Positions 1 to 13,071 are shown, numbered from the stretch's first letter. The stretch: DNA of 64,000 nucleotides from Balanoglossus misakiensis (GCA_040954595.2 CM082580.2:186001-250000), one strand, 5' to 3'. Notes: generated by a model not told the origin, from the sequence alone. A program made the numbers and translations.

Positions 1-150
1 TTTCACTCTTGTGTCTACAAGTGGGATGGAAGTTGTTTGTGGTCAAACGTTGTTTTAATATATATCCACATGTAGAATAACATAAACGCTGTATTGTATC
101 ATCATAATTCCTGGAAAAAGGGTAGCGAGAGAGAGTGTTTGTCCCTTTAA
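1..150. mobile_element. Right part of palindromic TTAA-flanked MITE (family K1, Kolobok-type ends)
   Basis: Ends ...gagagtgtttgtccct|TTAA, matching the right TIR of the complete copy at 55227-55581; cut by the window edge. Confidence 0.8.
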
Positions 151-231
151 AACATTGTTCTCTTGCATCATGAATCCTTGATTGCCTCTTCATTCAAACA
201 ACGTCTTGATCAATTTGAATGCGTTACCTAC

Positions 232-433
232 CTGCCCAGTAATGTACATGAAAACCTCTCATTGTAACTGCATCATCACTCTTAATGTCAACTCTCATCA
301 TACTTTTGGAAGATATGATGACATTGGGTAACTCCATCCCAGAAAATAAAGCAAGTCTGAGGGCAGGATTCAGTTCAGCGCCATCGTATACAGACACTTG
401 ATCAGCCCCATCTTCTGTTGCAAAGGAGATAAA
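232..433 (-). pseudogene. Exon: C-terminal half of second CUB domain
   Basis: FISFATEDGADQVSVYDG...SDDAVTMRGFHVHY. It is 202 nt, the same length and phase as the paralogous exon 1639-1840. The donor GTAGGT is intact; the acceptor reads ttttcCG instead of cAG. Confidence 0.8.
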
Positions 434-544
434 CGGAAAAGATATAAAAAATAGCATCAAAGACACTTTGCTCCCATTTGATATGTACATTTAAATGTGA
501 CATACCGTACAATCATAGTGATCACAATTTCCTACACAAAACCA

Positions 545-828
545 TTAAGGGGCAAAGTCTCTCTCTCTCTCGCTGCCCCTTTTCCATTAATTATCGTTTG
601 ATTATCGTTTATGTTATTCTAGATGTGGATATATAGTGAATCAACATTCCATCCCGCTTCATTTTGGGCGAGATTTTTACTCTCATATCCTAAAAATGGG
701 ATGGAAGGTGTGTGTGGTCGAATGTTGATTCACTATATATCCTCATGTAGAATAACATAAACGGTGTCTTGTATCAAACATAATTAATGGGAAAAGGGCA
801 GCGAGAGAGAGAGACTTCGTCCCTATAA
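545..828. mobile_element. MITE family K1 copy
   Basis: ttaaggggcaaagtctctctc... to ...gagagagacttcgtccctataa; near-palindromic. Confidence 0.8.
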
Positions 829-1193
829 GGACACCTTTAGCATTGATGAGGTAATATAAGAATACATCTGATAAAGAATATTTTCACATCCCAATAAACC
901 AAAATCCAAAACAACTGGAAGAGCCGTTTCTGACATAAGTGGACTTTTGGACCAAAAATGTCTAAAACTACCCACCCCCCTCCTCCCCAGTATTGATATT
1001 TGTCACATGTTTATGTACACCATAATAACAAATATTGTAGGTCCTTGTAAACCAAATTTTAAGAAATCGGAAAAGTGACTACTGAGAATTGACCAGAAAT
1101 GACAAAAATAAAATGTATTTTTAAAAATATAATTACTAATTTTTGTCATGCTGTAAAACAACTCACACGATTAATTGCATCTGAATCCACTAC

Positions 1194-1345
1194 CTGTAAA
1201 GTGACAACAAATTCTGTTGTGAATGATGCCAGCTGTCAGTTACAATCTTCATTGTTGAGATAATTCTTGCCTTCAAAATATTCTGTACTGCTGAGATTCT
1301 GTTTATATGACTGTGCTATGAAATTCCCACCACACAAAGAATACA
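1194..1345 (-). pseudogene. Exon: N-terminal half of second CUB domain with premature stop
   Basis: cag|..YSLCGGNFIAQSYKQNLSSTEYFEGKNYLNNEDCN*QLASFTTEFVVTLQ|gtag. The TGA sits at the conserved C-x-W tryptophan. Confidence 0.8.
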
Positions 1346-1454
1346 CTGAAAGAAAGAAGAAGTCATCTTAACAGAAACACTTCACAAACAGGACATCAGC
1401 AAGATCACAGTCGAGGTAGGGCAAATATTGCCTACATGTGCAATCTATAATGTT

Positions 1455-1570
1455 ATACCAGGTTCACGTAGGGTAAAATTCGAAACGTTTCAGAGACACT
1501 ATTTGCCTAAGGTAAACACAGAGCATTAATGCTTTTAGTTGCCTTGTGTCCACACATGCAAAGTTTATGT
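1455..1570. repeat. Dispersed repeat fragment (related copies ~45875-45980 and, inverted, ~41980-42050)
   Basis: Shared string gagacactatttgcctawggtaaacacagagcattaat. Confidence 0.6.
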
Positions 1571-1638
1571 GTAGTTCGCGAAAATTTATCGTTTGCGAAA
1601 ATTTCCAGTTTTACATTATGTATAAAACTTGGTATTAC

Positions 1639-1840
1639 CTGCTTGCCAAGATGCTTCAAAGCCAGTAGCAGTATGCGAACTATCTGAGAGAAATTTCACC
1701 AACATTGCATTACCACTGCTAATAACTTCATCAGGCTGGTCCGGTCCACTGTATGTGGCAAGAACTTTGGATGGGTCAAACACAGACACCTCGACAATGA
1801 CAACAGTATCATGATAAAGTTCAGTGTCAAAATGTAGAAA
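1639..1840 (-). pseudogene. Exon: C-terminal half of first CUB domain
   Basis: cag|FLHFDTELYHDTV...SGNAMLVKFLSDSSHTATGFEASWQA|gtaata; canonical CUB motifs and splice sites. Confidence 0.88.
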
Positions 1841-2202
1841 CTGAAAAGAATAAAAAAATGTCACAACACACATCATAAATAGTGAGCTGTCTCAAGCCAA
1901 TATACATGAAAATAAACACAGTTTCATGACTTAAGCCCCATTAGCTGTAACTTTTTGCATTTTTCAGTATTTCTATTCTGTGTATCAATTATAGTTTCTT
2001 GTTCAGCTACGCAGGGCAGAGTTAAATCCATAGTCTTAACTTCTCAACGAAACCTATGAGGGCACAATCGGCATTGTTGTTGTTTGAAAACATTCGTAAA
2101 TAATAACAACAGTCAGTACACATACACATGACTCGTTGACAAGCAGAGAGCTGGGTGTGATGGGTTACTCATGAGGAGAGGAACAAGAAAAAGTGTTTAA
2201 TT

Positions 2203-2862
2203 TAAATAATAACACATGATAGCGAGGGCAATATCACGATTTGAAGCCTGCATGAGGGATGGTGATCTCTGACCATAATATTGATGATGCCCGAGCCGCA
2301 GGCGAGGGTATCATCAATATTTTGGTCAGAGATCACCAGCCCGAGGGCAGGCTTCAAATCGTGATGTTGCCCGAGCATAATGTGTTATTAATTTTATTAC
2401 GCCGAACATTTGAACGTACATACACTGCAGCATGTAGCATGTAGACTCGCGTCCATATGTCGTACGTTGCTGAGAATGTAAAATGTCTCGATCTCCCAAG
2501 AATTATACGATACCTACTTCGAACTTAGATTATTTTGAAAATACTGCGCTGTTGGTTGCGATTTTGGTGTATTTACTGCCCGTTTGCAGTAAAATATCAT
2601 CCAGTAGAACAGGTGTTAAGCCTGTGTGTCGCTTTGAAGCCATATAGATGCGGGAGTTGACTGATCGTGAAGGAAGCCATTGAACGACAGTTTGGAACGC
2701 GCAGAAGTCGTGCCCAGAACACCAAAACAACCAAGCGGGCAATATCAGCGCACGCGACAGGGCTTTATCAACTCTAGCCATGTTATATCACTTTTTTTTC
2801 TATATCACGTGAGCGCGTCTCAGCCAATCACGAAAACGGTATAATACGTGAGGTGTAATAAA
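2203..2862. mobile_element. Non-autonomous hairpin-ended element (possibly Crypton-associated)
   Basis: ~185-bp near-perfect palindrome 2205-2390 centred on gcccgagccgcaggcgagggt, followed by a segment bounded by tttattac...gtaataaa. The family assignment is inference. Confidence 0.55.
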
Positions 2863-3114
2863 CACAAAACAAAATTACTGATAAACTAGCCTGAAGTTAT
2901 AGATAATGGCCCTTTAATTCAAAAGTTTACCAAAAATCATGTTTGTTATAAGGAAGAAAAAAATCAAATTATTTTTTTTTTAGTTGAAATGAATTTAAAT
3001 CTAATACATGTGTCTGTTTTTTTTTAAAGTGTTTGTATGTCGAATGGACGGGAAAAGGTGTTTTGTATAGGCAGGTTTCCAGATTAGACAGAGTTAGTGG
3101 TTTATGCAAGTTTT

Positions 3115-3164
3115 ACTGTAAAAAATAACTGGTTTTGGAATTTGACAGTTTACAAGTGAGCACT
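3115..3164. repeat. 50-bp repeat abutting and truncating a CUB exon; inverted copy at 6491-6540
   Basis: Reverse complement agtgctcacttgtaaactgtcaaattccaaaaccagttattttttaca matches 6491-6538. Confidence 0.75.
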
Positions 3165-3289
3165 TATTCTGGATGTTGCAGGTCCCTGGATTGTCCAAAT
3201 ACATTCTTGTAGAATGTAATAATTATCATCTGGGTATCCAGTGCTGTGAAAGGTCCCCGATTCACCAGTTTCCAAACCACCACATGTTC
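3165..3289 (-). pseudogene. Exon: N-terminal half of first CUB domain (3' end lost)
   Basis: ttcag|..TCGGLETGESGTFHSTGYPDDNYYILQECIWTIQGPATSRI, then runs into the 50-bp repeat; no phase-0 donor is visible. Confidence 0.8.
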
Positions 3290-3602
3290 CTGAATATCAT
3301 TAAAATAAAAAGAAAGAGTATGTTTGTGTGATGAATGGTCATAAAGATTCAGCTCATCAAGTTGACGAAATTTCATTGATGATAAAATTACTTCACCAAC
3401 AGTGAGTATCCAATGTACATGTATAAAACAATGTTTGTATTAGTATAAATCAAATGTAAAAATTTTGAAACGACATTTATCACACCCGAAAATTCCAAGA
3501 ACCGCATATTATGATTCTCTAAGCCCAAACTATCAGTGTGACAGATGCCAGATTCTTAAAATACTTGGCCCAGTTTTGTTTCTGATTTATATTTATGACA
3601 TA

Positions 3603-3793
3603 CTGTAAAACAGGAAATTTTTCATGATATCAAAAGTGGCAACTGTTATGCGATGATTGATTTTCGCATTCTCATATTTCACGGCATTGCTATCTTCGAA
3701 AAACATTTTGACACAACTTGTTTATTTTCGCGTTTTTTTGGCTCTCGCATAGTTCGCAAAAATGTATCGCTCGCGAAAATTTCCTGTTTACAG
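3603..3793. mobile_element. Tc1/mariner-type MITE
   Basis: TA|ctgtaaaacaggaaatttt ... aaaatttcctgtttacag|TA: TIRs with a TA duplication. Confidence 0.7.
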
Positions 3794-3915
3794 TACAAAA
3801 TTCTTTGAGGATCAGACTTTCTGCTGACAGTTCAAAAGTAGTCTTTAGTTGCAAAGGAGATGATCATACAATTAAACCACGATCGTGACGTCACACTATT
3901 CAATAGACAAGTCAT

Positions 3916-5345
3916 TCACTGAGAGAACCTCCGTCTCACACAAAACCACAGGTTTAAAACCAAGTCCCGGGTAGTTCTAGAACTACCTCCGGGGGTTCTA
4001 GAACTACCGCAGGACTCAGTCTCACCTGTCGTAACAAAAATACAAATACACAATGCTTTATTTGCATAATTACATTTACTTCTATACCTGTATTCAAAGT
4101 ACATTTCATTTGAATAGAGTAATTGTTATGTTAATTGAAAGCGAACTGGATATGCGACAGTCTCCGGATCATTTCATTCAATGCTTCACATTCACAGTTT
4201 TGTCTACTGACGTACAAAGCTAATGTCTTGGTGGCTCTCGAGAGTCTTCATAACATGATAATAAAAGTATAAAATAGACAAAAATCAATTCACCAGAAAC
4301 AAACTAACGTTGCAATAAATTAACTACAAATTTCTAGAAAATTATACTAAATCACATTATCCCCAGATTTGCTTGTATTACTCTAACCAGATGCTTCACT
4401 TCGATTTTGCTTCACTACCGACATGTAACAAGGTTGGCTGTTTTAGGCCTAAAACCCGCGTACCTTGCAAAATTCTGCTTACTTTTTGTTGCTGTTCACC
4501 AGACGTGGGTTTGTAATGTCGGACGGATTCACTTCGGTATCAAGTCTTTTCGCAGATGAGTTACTCACCAATATCGCTACCATACAGACGTGTTGCCGTT
4601 GTGGCTCGTAGAGAGTGGTTCGTTCAAAAGCCAGGGAGGCCAATACACAGACGGGCAGTAGTACCATGTAGAGCATTGTTACCCGGTTTTTGCTTTACCA
4701 ACATGTAGCCGCTTGTTTTCGCAGATGATATAGATCGGAACTACATGTATCTTCAGATCGATTTCATGGACATTTGAAGGAAAATAAAAAAAAAACGTGA
4801 CACTTACATGTAGGCCTTCTGCATTTGGCCTAGAAAATTTTCGCGTAAGCTTACCATGTGCACGCAAAACCCCAATAGCTGTAACGCTTCCCATAATACA
4901 CTACGTAACACACCTGTAAAGTTTAATTTGATGCAAATTAGTGTTTGAAATTAGCATATCACTCTGACACGTAAGCATGAACATTTAGAGTAACACCTGT
5001 CAAGCGTGGGCGATCTTGTAAGGCCCAGCAGGGCGGTCTAGAACTACCTGCCCACGACATGATTCATTTATAGGAAAAGGGGTGGCCAACCAAATTTCAC
5101 AGTCAGCAATGAAGAATAAGCCTCTTTTGATAAGCTTTTGTTCGTTCATTTTATTGAATCGTTGAGTAAAACGACGTCTTTGTGGTACACGAAGCTCCAA
5201 TGGTGACAATGTCTGTGGGGGGTCGTGGTTTAAGTTAGAGAACCACCTCCCCCTCAGTGGTTCTTGGTTTCCAATCGCCTCGGGCCTGCGGCCCTCGGCA
5301 ATTCGAAACCAAGAACCACCTCGGGGTCGGTGGTTCTCTATTACA
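3916..5345. mobile_element. Hairpin-ended non-autonomous element (approximate boundaries)
   Basis: Terminal nested hairpin 5237-5341 (tagagaaccacc...ggtggttctcta; apex cctcgggcctgcggccctcgg); repeated tctagaactacc motif at ~3975, ~3997 and ~5037. Confidence 0.45.
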
Positions 5346-5548
5346 TAAATAGTCTAAAAGAAATTGTTAAGTAAACATAACCATACAATTAATGAGTGGA
5401 ATTATCTAGCGACAACTGGCCTCAATTTTGAATTTCAAATATAACACCATTCTGCACCCAAGGAGACATCACATGATCTGATCCCCCTTGTTTAACTTTT
5501 AGTGGTGAGCTCTTCCAAGTATATCTTGTATTGCTTAGGGGACTCTAA

Positions 5549-5822
5549 CTCTCTCTCCTTCCCTCCCTTCCACCCCCTCCCCCTCCCTCTCTAGCTCTCT
5601 CCCTCCCCTCTCCCGCCCCTCTCCCTCCCCTCTCCCGCCCCTCTCCCTCCCTCCCACCCCTCTCTAGCTCTCTCTCCCTCCCTACCCCCCTCTACCCCTC
5701 CCTCTCCCTCTAGTTCTCTCTCCCCCTCTCCCTCACTACCACCCTCCCTCCCTCCCTCCCTGTCACTCTCCAGCTCTCTCTCCCTCCCCTCTCACTCTCC
5801 CCTCCCAGCCTCTCCCTCCCGC
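5549..5822. repeat. C/T polypyrimidine low-complexity tract
   Basis: ~270 bp almost entirely C/T, i.e. G-runs on the minus strand with G4/H-DNA potential. Confidence 0.9.
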
Positions 5823-5938
5823 TCTTTTGCACACACTCTCTCTTAGTATATATATTGGGAGGTGACTACAGCAGTGCGAGAAAAGTAAAGACCTGATGCG
5901 AGTAAGGGAAGATTCTAGCTGATTTGAATCAGACTTAC

Positions 5939-6154
5939 CTTCAGCACAAGCTGCTACTTCACACATTGACAGACTGACATCATCACATCTTGCATGATAC
6001 AATGGGTAATTATTTTCAAAGAGGTTTAACCTCACACATTGCCCAGTGGAGGCATCAGGTTCTGTGTCTGCCCATCGACCATCAAAGACACTACCTTTCC
6101 TGCCATCTGAATAATCATATTCCACACTGCCATCTCGATTGGGTCCACTAAATC
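5939..6154 (-). pseudogene. Exon: C-terminal half of C-type lectin domain
   Basis: (G)FSGPNRDGSVEYDYSDG...WADTEPD...CVRL...CDD...CEVAACAE|gtaagt. 216 nt, phase 1-1, only if the acceptor is the mutated ttatAT at 6155-6156. Confidence 0.78.
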
Positions 6155-6598
6155 ATATAAAATGGAAATAAAGAAAGAAGATGCATACAGCAGTGTTTCA
6201 TCCAGGATGGGGGGGGGGGGATATGTCCCCCTTTGCTTGAATAGTTGCACTCTTGCAAGGAGGGGAATGAGTGACATCGCTGAGTCTGTAAGGGGCACCA
6301 TTTCCCCCTTGACAAATTTCTAGGGGGGTGCCAACATGCTGACAGTGGGCGAATTCCCTCATCCCTCCATCTGGATGAAAAACTGCATACAGAGTCACTT
6401 AATAGCAAGATTTTGTGAGGTTATTGAGATGTAAAAAATAGGCTTTTCAATTACCATCTTGAGACAATTATCATTCAAGTGTTACTATGCAGTGCTTACT
6501 TGTAAACTGTCAAATTCCAAAACCAGTTATTTTTTACACTTGATACACCCACAAATTATTTGGGAACACTGACAAACACTGTTAAAAGACACACTCAC

Positions 6599-6717
6599 CA
6601 ATCCAACCATGGTTCGCTGTTTCATTGGAAGTCTCTTCAATCTGGTTTACAATCTCTGCTCCAGCATAACGATTTTCAGAATAACCCTCAATTACTGTCA
6701 AGTGCCCACCATAAAAT
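6599..6717 (-). pseudogene. Exon: central C-type lectin segment
   Basis: ttttcag|FYGGHLTVIEGYSENRYAG...HGWIG|gtgagt; GGHL and WIG CTLD motifs. Confidence 0.85.
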
Positions 6718-7454
6718 CTGAAAATAAACCAATTTATAACACATCAAACATGTTCCAAACTAATTTCGAAATTCCAGTCCGTGAATAATACATTTCCTCT
6801 TTGAAAACATTTAATATTGGTGAATAAGAGGTTCATAAATGTATAACATTAGATTTTTGTTTGTAAAGTCTATATTTTGTGTTACACCTTTGCAATAAGT
6901 GTGTGATTAGTGTAGATTTCGGCAGAATTTCTGGGAAAAAAGAATCTGTGAAAAATTCACCTGAATTTTGGGGAGAAAAAAATTTGCTGAACGTTTCCTT
7001 TGAATAAAAAAGTTCAGCTTATTTCTTTTAGAGAAAACATGACAATTTCCAGGAAATGGCTGTTGTTGTTTTTTTTTTTTGGTGTGAATAAACTTAAAAG
7101 ACAAATTCTGATACAGTTGCATCAAGGTGATGGAAGAAAATCCCAGATTAACAGGATATTTGGAGAATTTATCCAGAATTTCAAAATTAGTTCGAAATGT
7201 GACATTGTGTTATCAATGATCTGTGTTGAGCAGTCGAACGATGAACGGGTAGTTGACAATTCCCACGAGCACACCCGTATCTTTCCTCGGTAGTTGCGCC
7301 GGGCCAGTCGGCAATGTAACAGAAAAAGTGGTACGATATGCCAGCTGAGCCGTCGCTAGTCTACAATTCCGAGTCTACAAGGCCGTCTCTAACTAAAAAT
7401 TATAATAACTATCGAGGAACGTGACAATTATATCAGCGAATGTGGGGCTGGGGG

Positions 7455-7770
7455 TTGCTGCAGTTTGCAGCCCCTCCATCTCCCCTGGACGATTTTTGTT
7501 TTTGCGGGGCTGCAGGTCCCAGCTATTCTAAACCGCACAACGAGCGACCGGGATTTGGGCCCGGAGCGAATTTCTACACTCCAGACGTCTCCAGTCCACA
7601 ATTTTCCACAATTTTTTCGCCAAATCGGTCCCGGAACCCATACAGCGCTTACCTGGCAAAGGATGTCGCGGTATTTGTCGATTTTGCCTACGTTTTCCCC
7701 AGTTATTCAACTTCAATCGGCAAAACCAAAACTCGTTCAGGGGAGATGGAGGGGCTGCAAACTGCAGCAA
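7455..7770. mobile_element. MITE with 38-bp TIRs and 10-bp flanking direct repeat
   Basis: TIR ttgctgcagtttgcagcccctccatctcccctg(g/a)acga (1 mismatch); gggctggggg at 7445-7454 and 7771-7780. Confidence 0.65.
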
Positions 7771-10700
7771 GGGCTGGGGGCTGCAGGAAGAATATATGAC
7801 CAAAGGATACGCGTGAAAAAAAGACAATTACCTACTTTGCTACCGTGGGTCTTTGACTAATTAAAACATGATAACGTGCATCAAAGCCAGCCGAGGCTTC
7901 AGGGGCATAGTATTCCTGAGTTTATACGCGAAGAAACCAAGAAATATTCATGAGTATGTAGACGGAACTTGTCTTTTAGCTCAAATTTGACCTGGCTTGA
8001 GGTCACTGTGACAGCGCAGCCAGCGGTAGAATTGGGGTAGGCATGAAGAACATATCTACTACAAAAACTGGTGAGGGCGGGGGGGGAGATGGGGGGGTGG
8101 GGGCTTTTCAGTTTAGTCACGGTCCTTGGTTTTGGCCTTCGGCTTCACTAGAAAAGCCAAAAAACCACAATGCCGAAGGCCAACTCGTCGAAGCACCTGG
8201 TACGTCTATGGCAGAAGTCAGTATTTACATGTTCTGACTCGGTACACGCCATGCACTTGCCAAGAGATTCCACGAGGAATACCATGATGATGAACGGCTC
8301 GGGCGTCTTCGTGTGCACGAAGACACGATACTAGACTTCATTGACCCTGTCTCATTCTTTTCTTTTCATGCGCATAAGGACATGAAAAGTCGACCTAACC
8401 TTTTGTTTTATCACTTACTGTGGTTTTATAGGGATGCTGTGAGTGAAAAAGTGGCACATTCGGGTTGTTGCCTTATACTTAATTTCTCCATTTCTATTGG
8501 AGCAGGCTACACCGGGCCCAGGGTCGAACTTAAACCAATTTGCAGCCGTGATGGTCGAACAATGTCCGACAAACTTTAGGCACGTCAAGCTTATGCCTTC
8601 CTGGGTCGCCCGACAAGAATGAACTTCTATTTTAACGATAGGGCCTATTCCAATCGATACCCGCCGTATCAGTCACGCAATAATGAACACGAAATCCAGA
8701 TCCCCCAAAATGATGTTTCACTAGACTCGGGGAGAGTGCTGTTTAGTACCAACAGGCAATTAAAGGTATACGGTCACCTATGGAAAATTAGCTATAGTTA
8801 CCATGGCAAATTGAGATGTAGCCAATCACAGATTTTTAGTGGGTGGCACACGCGAAAAAAGAGCGCCGCCATATGTTCTCATCTCAGCCATATATGGTCC
8901 TATGTAACCACCTCATGTCATTTACAGAATTGGAACACCCTAAAGAATGTCATGCAGACAATGTCACGTGTTGTTCCATGACCAACCAAACAACAAACTC
9001 ATGTCCAAATCAATTAAATTCCAAAGAATGCTCCAAATATGCAGAATTGCCACGCAAGTCGAGCATACTTAAGCACTCTGCACAACTGAAACATAAAATC
9101 CAAGCTTTTAACAATACAACAATAAACAATCCATTCTGATCGAATTAATGACCAAATAAAACGAAAAACACAACTCGACCCACAAAAAGTATACGAAGCG
9201 CTTTTAATCGCTCATTAATGTTTGATCTCGAGGAGACGTGTTAAAAAATCCGCTATGAAAAGCAGGGGAGAACAATAGCCTATTTTTACCAGGTAAACAA
9301 ACACCAGGTAAAAATCCACCCATGCTTCCAGACCGCTCTAGGATAGTGATCCACCCAATGAAACTGTATCTCTTTAACTTTAATTTGCAAACTCGTGGAA
9401 TTGATCATTTTATAAATCGCTCCATTTTGACGTTTTCTCTGTGGTTTGTTAATACGAATTTCGTCTGTGCCAAATCTGTCCTCTAATACTGTCACTTGTA
9501 TTAGAGTTCAAATTACACAGAAGTATAATACAACGTTTTGAAAAAGACAGACATTTTTCGTGTGAACGGTGATATACTTAGGCCACACTCGAGCTAAAAA
9601 CAAAAGTCTATATTTTATCAAAAATGCCTTGGACGCACAAACATCTACAGGATGTGGAAGGGGCGGGTCAACACCGCGATCTACAACTGTGCCTCCCCCC
9701 CCCCCCCGGCTGTCTTGCTTCTATTTGGAGTGTCAATATGTGATTTAGCTTTGTTTGCGGCAGAGACTAAGCTTTGTTCTTGTTTCACTCCATTTGCTGC
9801 ATTGTGCTGTGCTCTGGTATTTCTCCAGGGTCTACGGTTACACTATAGGCTGATTAGTCGTATCTTTACTACACAGACAAAAAACTTCGAAGCTTTATGT
9901 CTGTGCCTTTTATGAACAAGCATCGTCCGATTCGAATTCGACTCGTCATCGGTAGCTATGTTTATTTCGCCCTTGGAGACCTCCCCTGGCCTCGTTAGGA
10001 TGACTGTTACCAGGACTACCTTAAACCAATCTTTTCGAACCGGACGGTACACACGACATGTCTATGTTAATTGTCCAGGTACCAGAGTGTACGTGTGGGC
10101 TCCCTAAACCCCTCATTGGCGGCCGGTCCCTGTCCGAATAAACACGTTTGACAGACAAAAAATGATGAACAAGTGGCTTACTTCAATACTTCGTTAACTA
10201 GACGGCTGAACTCTGAATGTTGATTCAGCAAAAAAAATGTGTTTACGGCAAGGTTTCGATCAATACGACACATTTACCATTGAAAACGCCCAAAGTAAGT
10301 GGGGGCGTTTGACCATCAATCAAACCCACGCCCAGGTGCATGTGAACGGCCGAAGCAGTGTAACGTTTCACATTCCGTGCAACGTCCGACACTGTGTGAA
10401 AGCGGTTGCTGTCGGGTGGCTTGACCTAATTTTCGTACATTGATATGCATTTGACACCTCACTACCTGTTTTCTTAATATTGCTAAAACTTTGCGTTGAA
10501 ATATCACTGAAATGTTGATGATCCACGCACAAGTCGTCTACCCCGGCATGAAAAGCTTTTATACAAGAAAACTAATTGCACATGACCACCAAGGTCATAC
10601 CGCAAGGTGTGTCTAAATGTCAAGGAAGGACATTGGGAGGGGGGACTTGGGTCGAGAACGACCATGACGGAGGAAAAACCGACAAGTCATTGTGTAACCT

Positions 10701-11454
10701 GTTTACTTGCCAATAGTCAAACGTCAAAATTTACTCTCAACTTGGTTGCAGATCGAGTCTCCCGAATTTCCAACTTTTATGATTGGGTAAATACCGATAT
10801 GCGACTGGTATGCGACGCGTTGACGACGCGAAGATTTTGTTGAAATCAAATGGTTTGTCAAATGTCATCTCACAGTGGAGATACCGTGGTCATCTGACAT
10901 GAAAGGGTTCGATTGGGTCTGACCGCCGTCGTTCATCCATGCTTAGAAAGCGGCGATCATGGTACAAAGTAAAACCAAGGTCAAACCTTACTGAACACAT
11001 GTATTGCATGGAGAAACTTTTCTCCCTGTCTGTGTACTGAACACGTACCGTGATTGCCATAGTTACAAACGTTACCACGTGAGAGAGAGTGCATTTTACA
11101 TCTGTCTTTTCAATTTTGTTGCTTTCTTACTATTCGGAATGATGGAGTCGAAACGAAAACTTTTTGCTTCAGGTGGACCTAGGGGAAATACCTTATTTGT
11201 GACTTTTTTCATGACCCTAAAAAGACGTCGGAATTAATGTGGCTGAGGTCACTCAGGACGACGGAATGGTTGAGCGATTTTATTTTATGAGCTCCCACTA
11301 GTATTTGTTTTATTGTTTCGGCAGTGTGTCGCGTTATTCGAGCAATCTGCAGTCTGAAAACGAACGGTTTTCAAAGTTTATAACAGAAGAACAGGGGTTT
11401 AAGCATGAAAGGTCCTGTTGTCTCCCTCGCTGTGTTTGTGTCACTGTGTCTTTG

Positions 11455-11655
11455 ACGTCTGACTGACTGATTAACTGGCTGACTGACTTACTGACTGTCT
11501 GTCAACGTCGGTCTGTCTGACTGTCTGCCCCCTCTCTCTGAGAGAGAGAGTGAGCGACCGAGCGAGCGAGCGACCGATGAGTGTCTCTACTGATGAATGT
11601 TGCTCTGTCTGTCTGCTTGTGTCTGTCTGCCACTCTGCCTGTTTCACTCTGTCTC
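11455..11655. repeat. Compound microsatellite (ACTG/TCTG/GA/GAGC); copy at ~32245-32440
   Basis: Directly visible tetra- and dinucleotide runs. Confidence 0.8.
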
Positions 11656-12288
11656 TCCTAATTTCTTTAAATTTAGGGATATGCTATTAATGCGATATGA
11701 AAGTCAGACACGACGGAAACCTTTTATTCTCAAAACTGTCTGTTGTTTGCTGTTAAATATTGCAAAAGGTTAAGGGCCCTTTTCGCACGAGACACATGGC
11801 TTTGCAGCCGTAGCTCCCAATGTCATAACGATTACCCGAACTACCCTAATTTTAGCCCGCCGACCCAAAACAGTTTAGATCTTCGTAAACCGGAAGTAAA
11901 AATAACGATGTCAAATATACAACAATTCATGAAAATTGCGAGAATCACGCAAGAACTATGATGTCATTCTTCTACACTACGACGGCCAAAGATATAAAAA
12001 AATTGAAAAATAAAAAAATGTCCCTTTCTACCTACCCTATTTTTGAAAACCATGTAATCGGAATAGCACATATTAGTTTTTTTGGCCTGAGACATATCCA
12101 ATTTCCCAACTGAACATGACACGTGATCAAGCATTTTCGACTTATCAGATGCAATCGCTGAACACCTCACACTAAGCGAGGTTTTGTCTGTCTTTATACG
12201 CGCCCTTTGTATTTGTGCGTGACATGTCCAAGCCTTGTTAGGATCTCCCATAAAATTCTACTCAAATGATGTATACTTTCATACTTAC

Positions 12289-12370
12289 GACTGACAGGTA
12301 TTTTCAGCGTTGCCAGCTGATTGTTTGTCAGGTACCGCTTTATAACAAGACGCCCCTCTGAGTTGATAAC
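12289..12370 (-). pseudogene. Exon: start of C-type lectin domain
   Basis: ttgcag|(G)YQLRGASCYKAVPDKQSAGNAENTCQ(S)|gtaagt; phase 1 to 2, joining exon 6717 in frame. Confidence 0.82.
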
Positions 12371-12433
12371 CTGCAATGTAACATCATTCAATTGGTCTAG
12401 TCATGTTAGCATTAGTAAAATGCTTCAAAAGTG

Positions 12434-12732
12434 TTAAAGGGACATGATACAAGACACCGTTTATGTTAGTGAATGAACGTTCAACCACACACAACTTCCA
12501 TCCCGCTTGTATGATACGAGAGTAAAAACCCGCCCGAAATGAATAAATGGTAGAGACCGTTTATTCATTTTGGCGACTTTTTAAAACTCTCGTGTCTATA
12601 CAAGCGGAGTGGAAGGTGTGTATGGTTGAACGTTGATTCACTATATCCACATGTAGAATAATATAAACGCAGTCTTGTATCAAACATAATTAATGGAAAA
12701 AGGGCAGCGAGAGAGAGACTTTGTCCCTTTAA
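12434..12732. mobile_element. MITE family K1 copy
   Basis: TTAA|agggaca ... tgtccct|TTAA. Confidence 0.85.
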
Positions 12733-13071
12733 TGAATACAGCCACAATGTTCTGTTTATATCTACTGACGGACCAGGCATGGATTGTCACGTATAATTCT
12801 TTGAAACGTTTGGTCCTCTGAAGAAATCTGAGCACTCATCTACTCAGTTTGCTTATTTTGTCTTCCTCCACCAGTCAGTGGTATCGTCCGATTTGATACT
12901 CCACTCTAAGCCTCTTTCTGAATGGCTATTTAAGTTGTGATCTGTAAGTCTTAAACCTTTCATCACCCCCCCCCCCCCCCGTTTCCTCTTTAGAGGTCCA
13001 ACATTACCATAGAAAACAATTGGTTTTGACTGAACCATGTTGGTGAAAGGGCTAGGGTCAATTCAACTTAC

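Noticed and set aside
1236-1238. In-frame TGA as selenocysteine or readthrough
   Set aside because: It aligns to a conserved Trp (one change from TGG), not a Cys, and coexists with three other lesions.
434-6156. Non-canonical splicing system (CG and AT acceptors)
   Set aside because: All other introns in the window are GT-AG; single substitutions in a decaying gene are the simpler explanation.
7440-9139. Cluster of 70-130-aa ORFs
   Set aside because: They overlap a GC-rich MITE and intronic repeats; no recognisable motifs or consistent splice phases.
9286-9495. ORF ending near a possible donor, as a first exon
   Set aside because: It lies in the intron between two exons that already join in frame; no ATG-led signal peptide.
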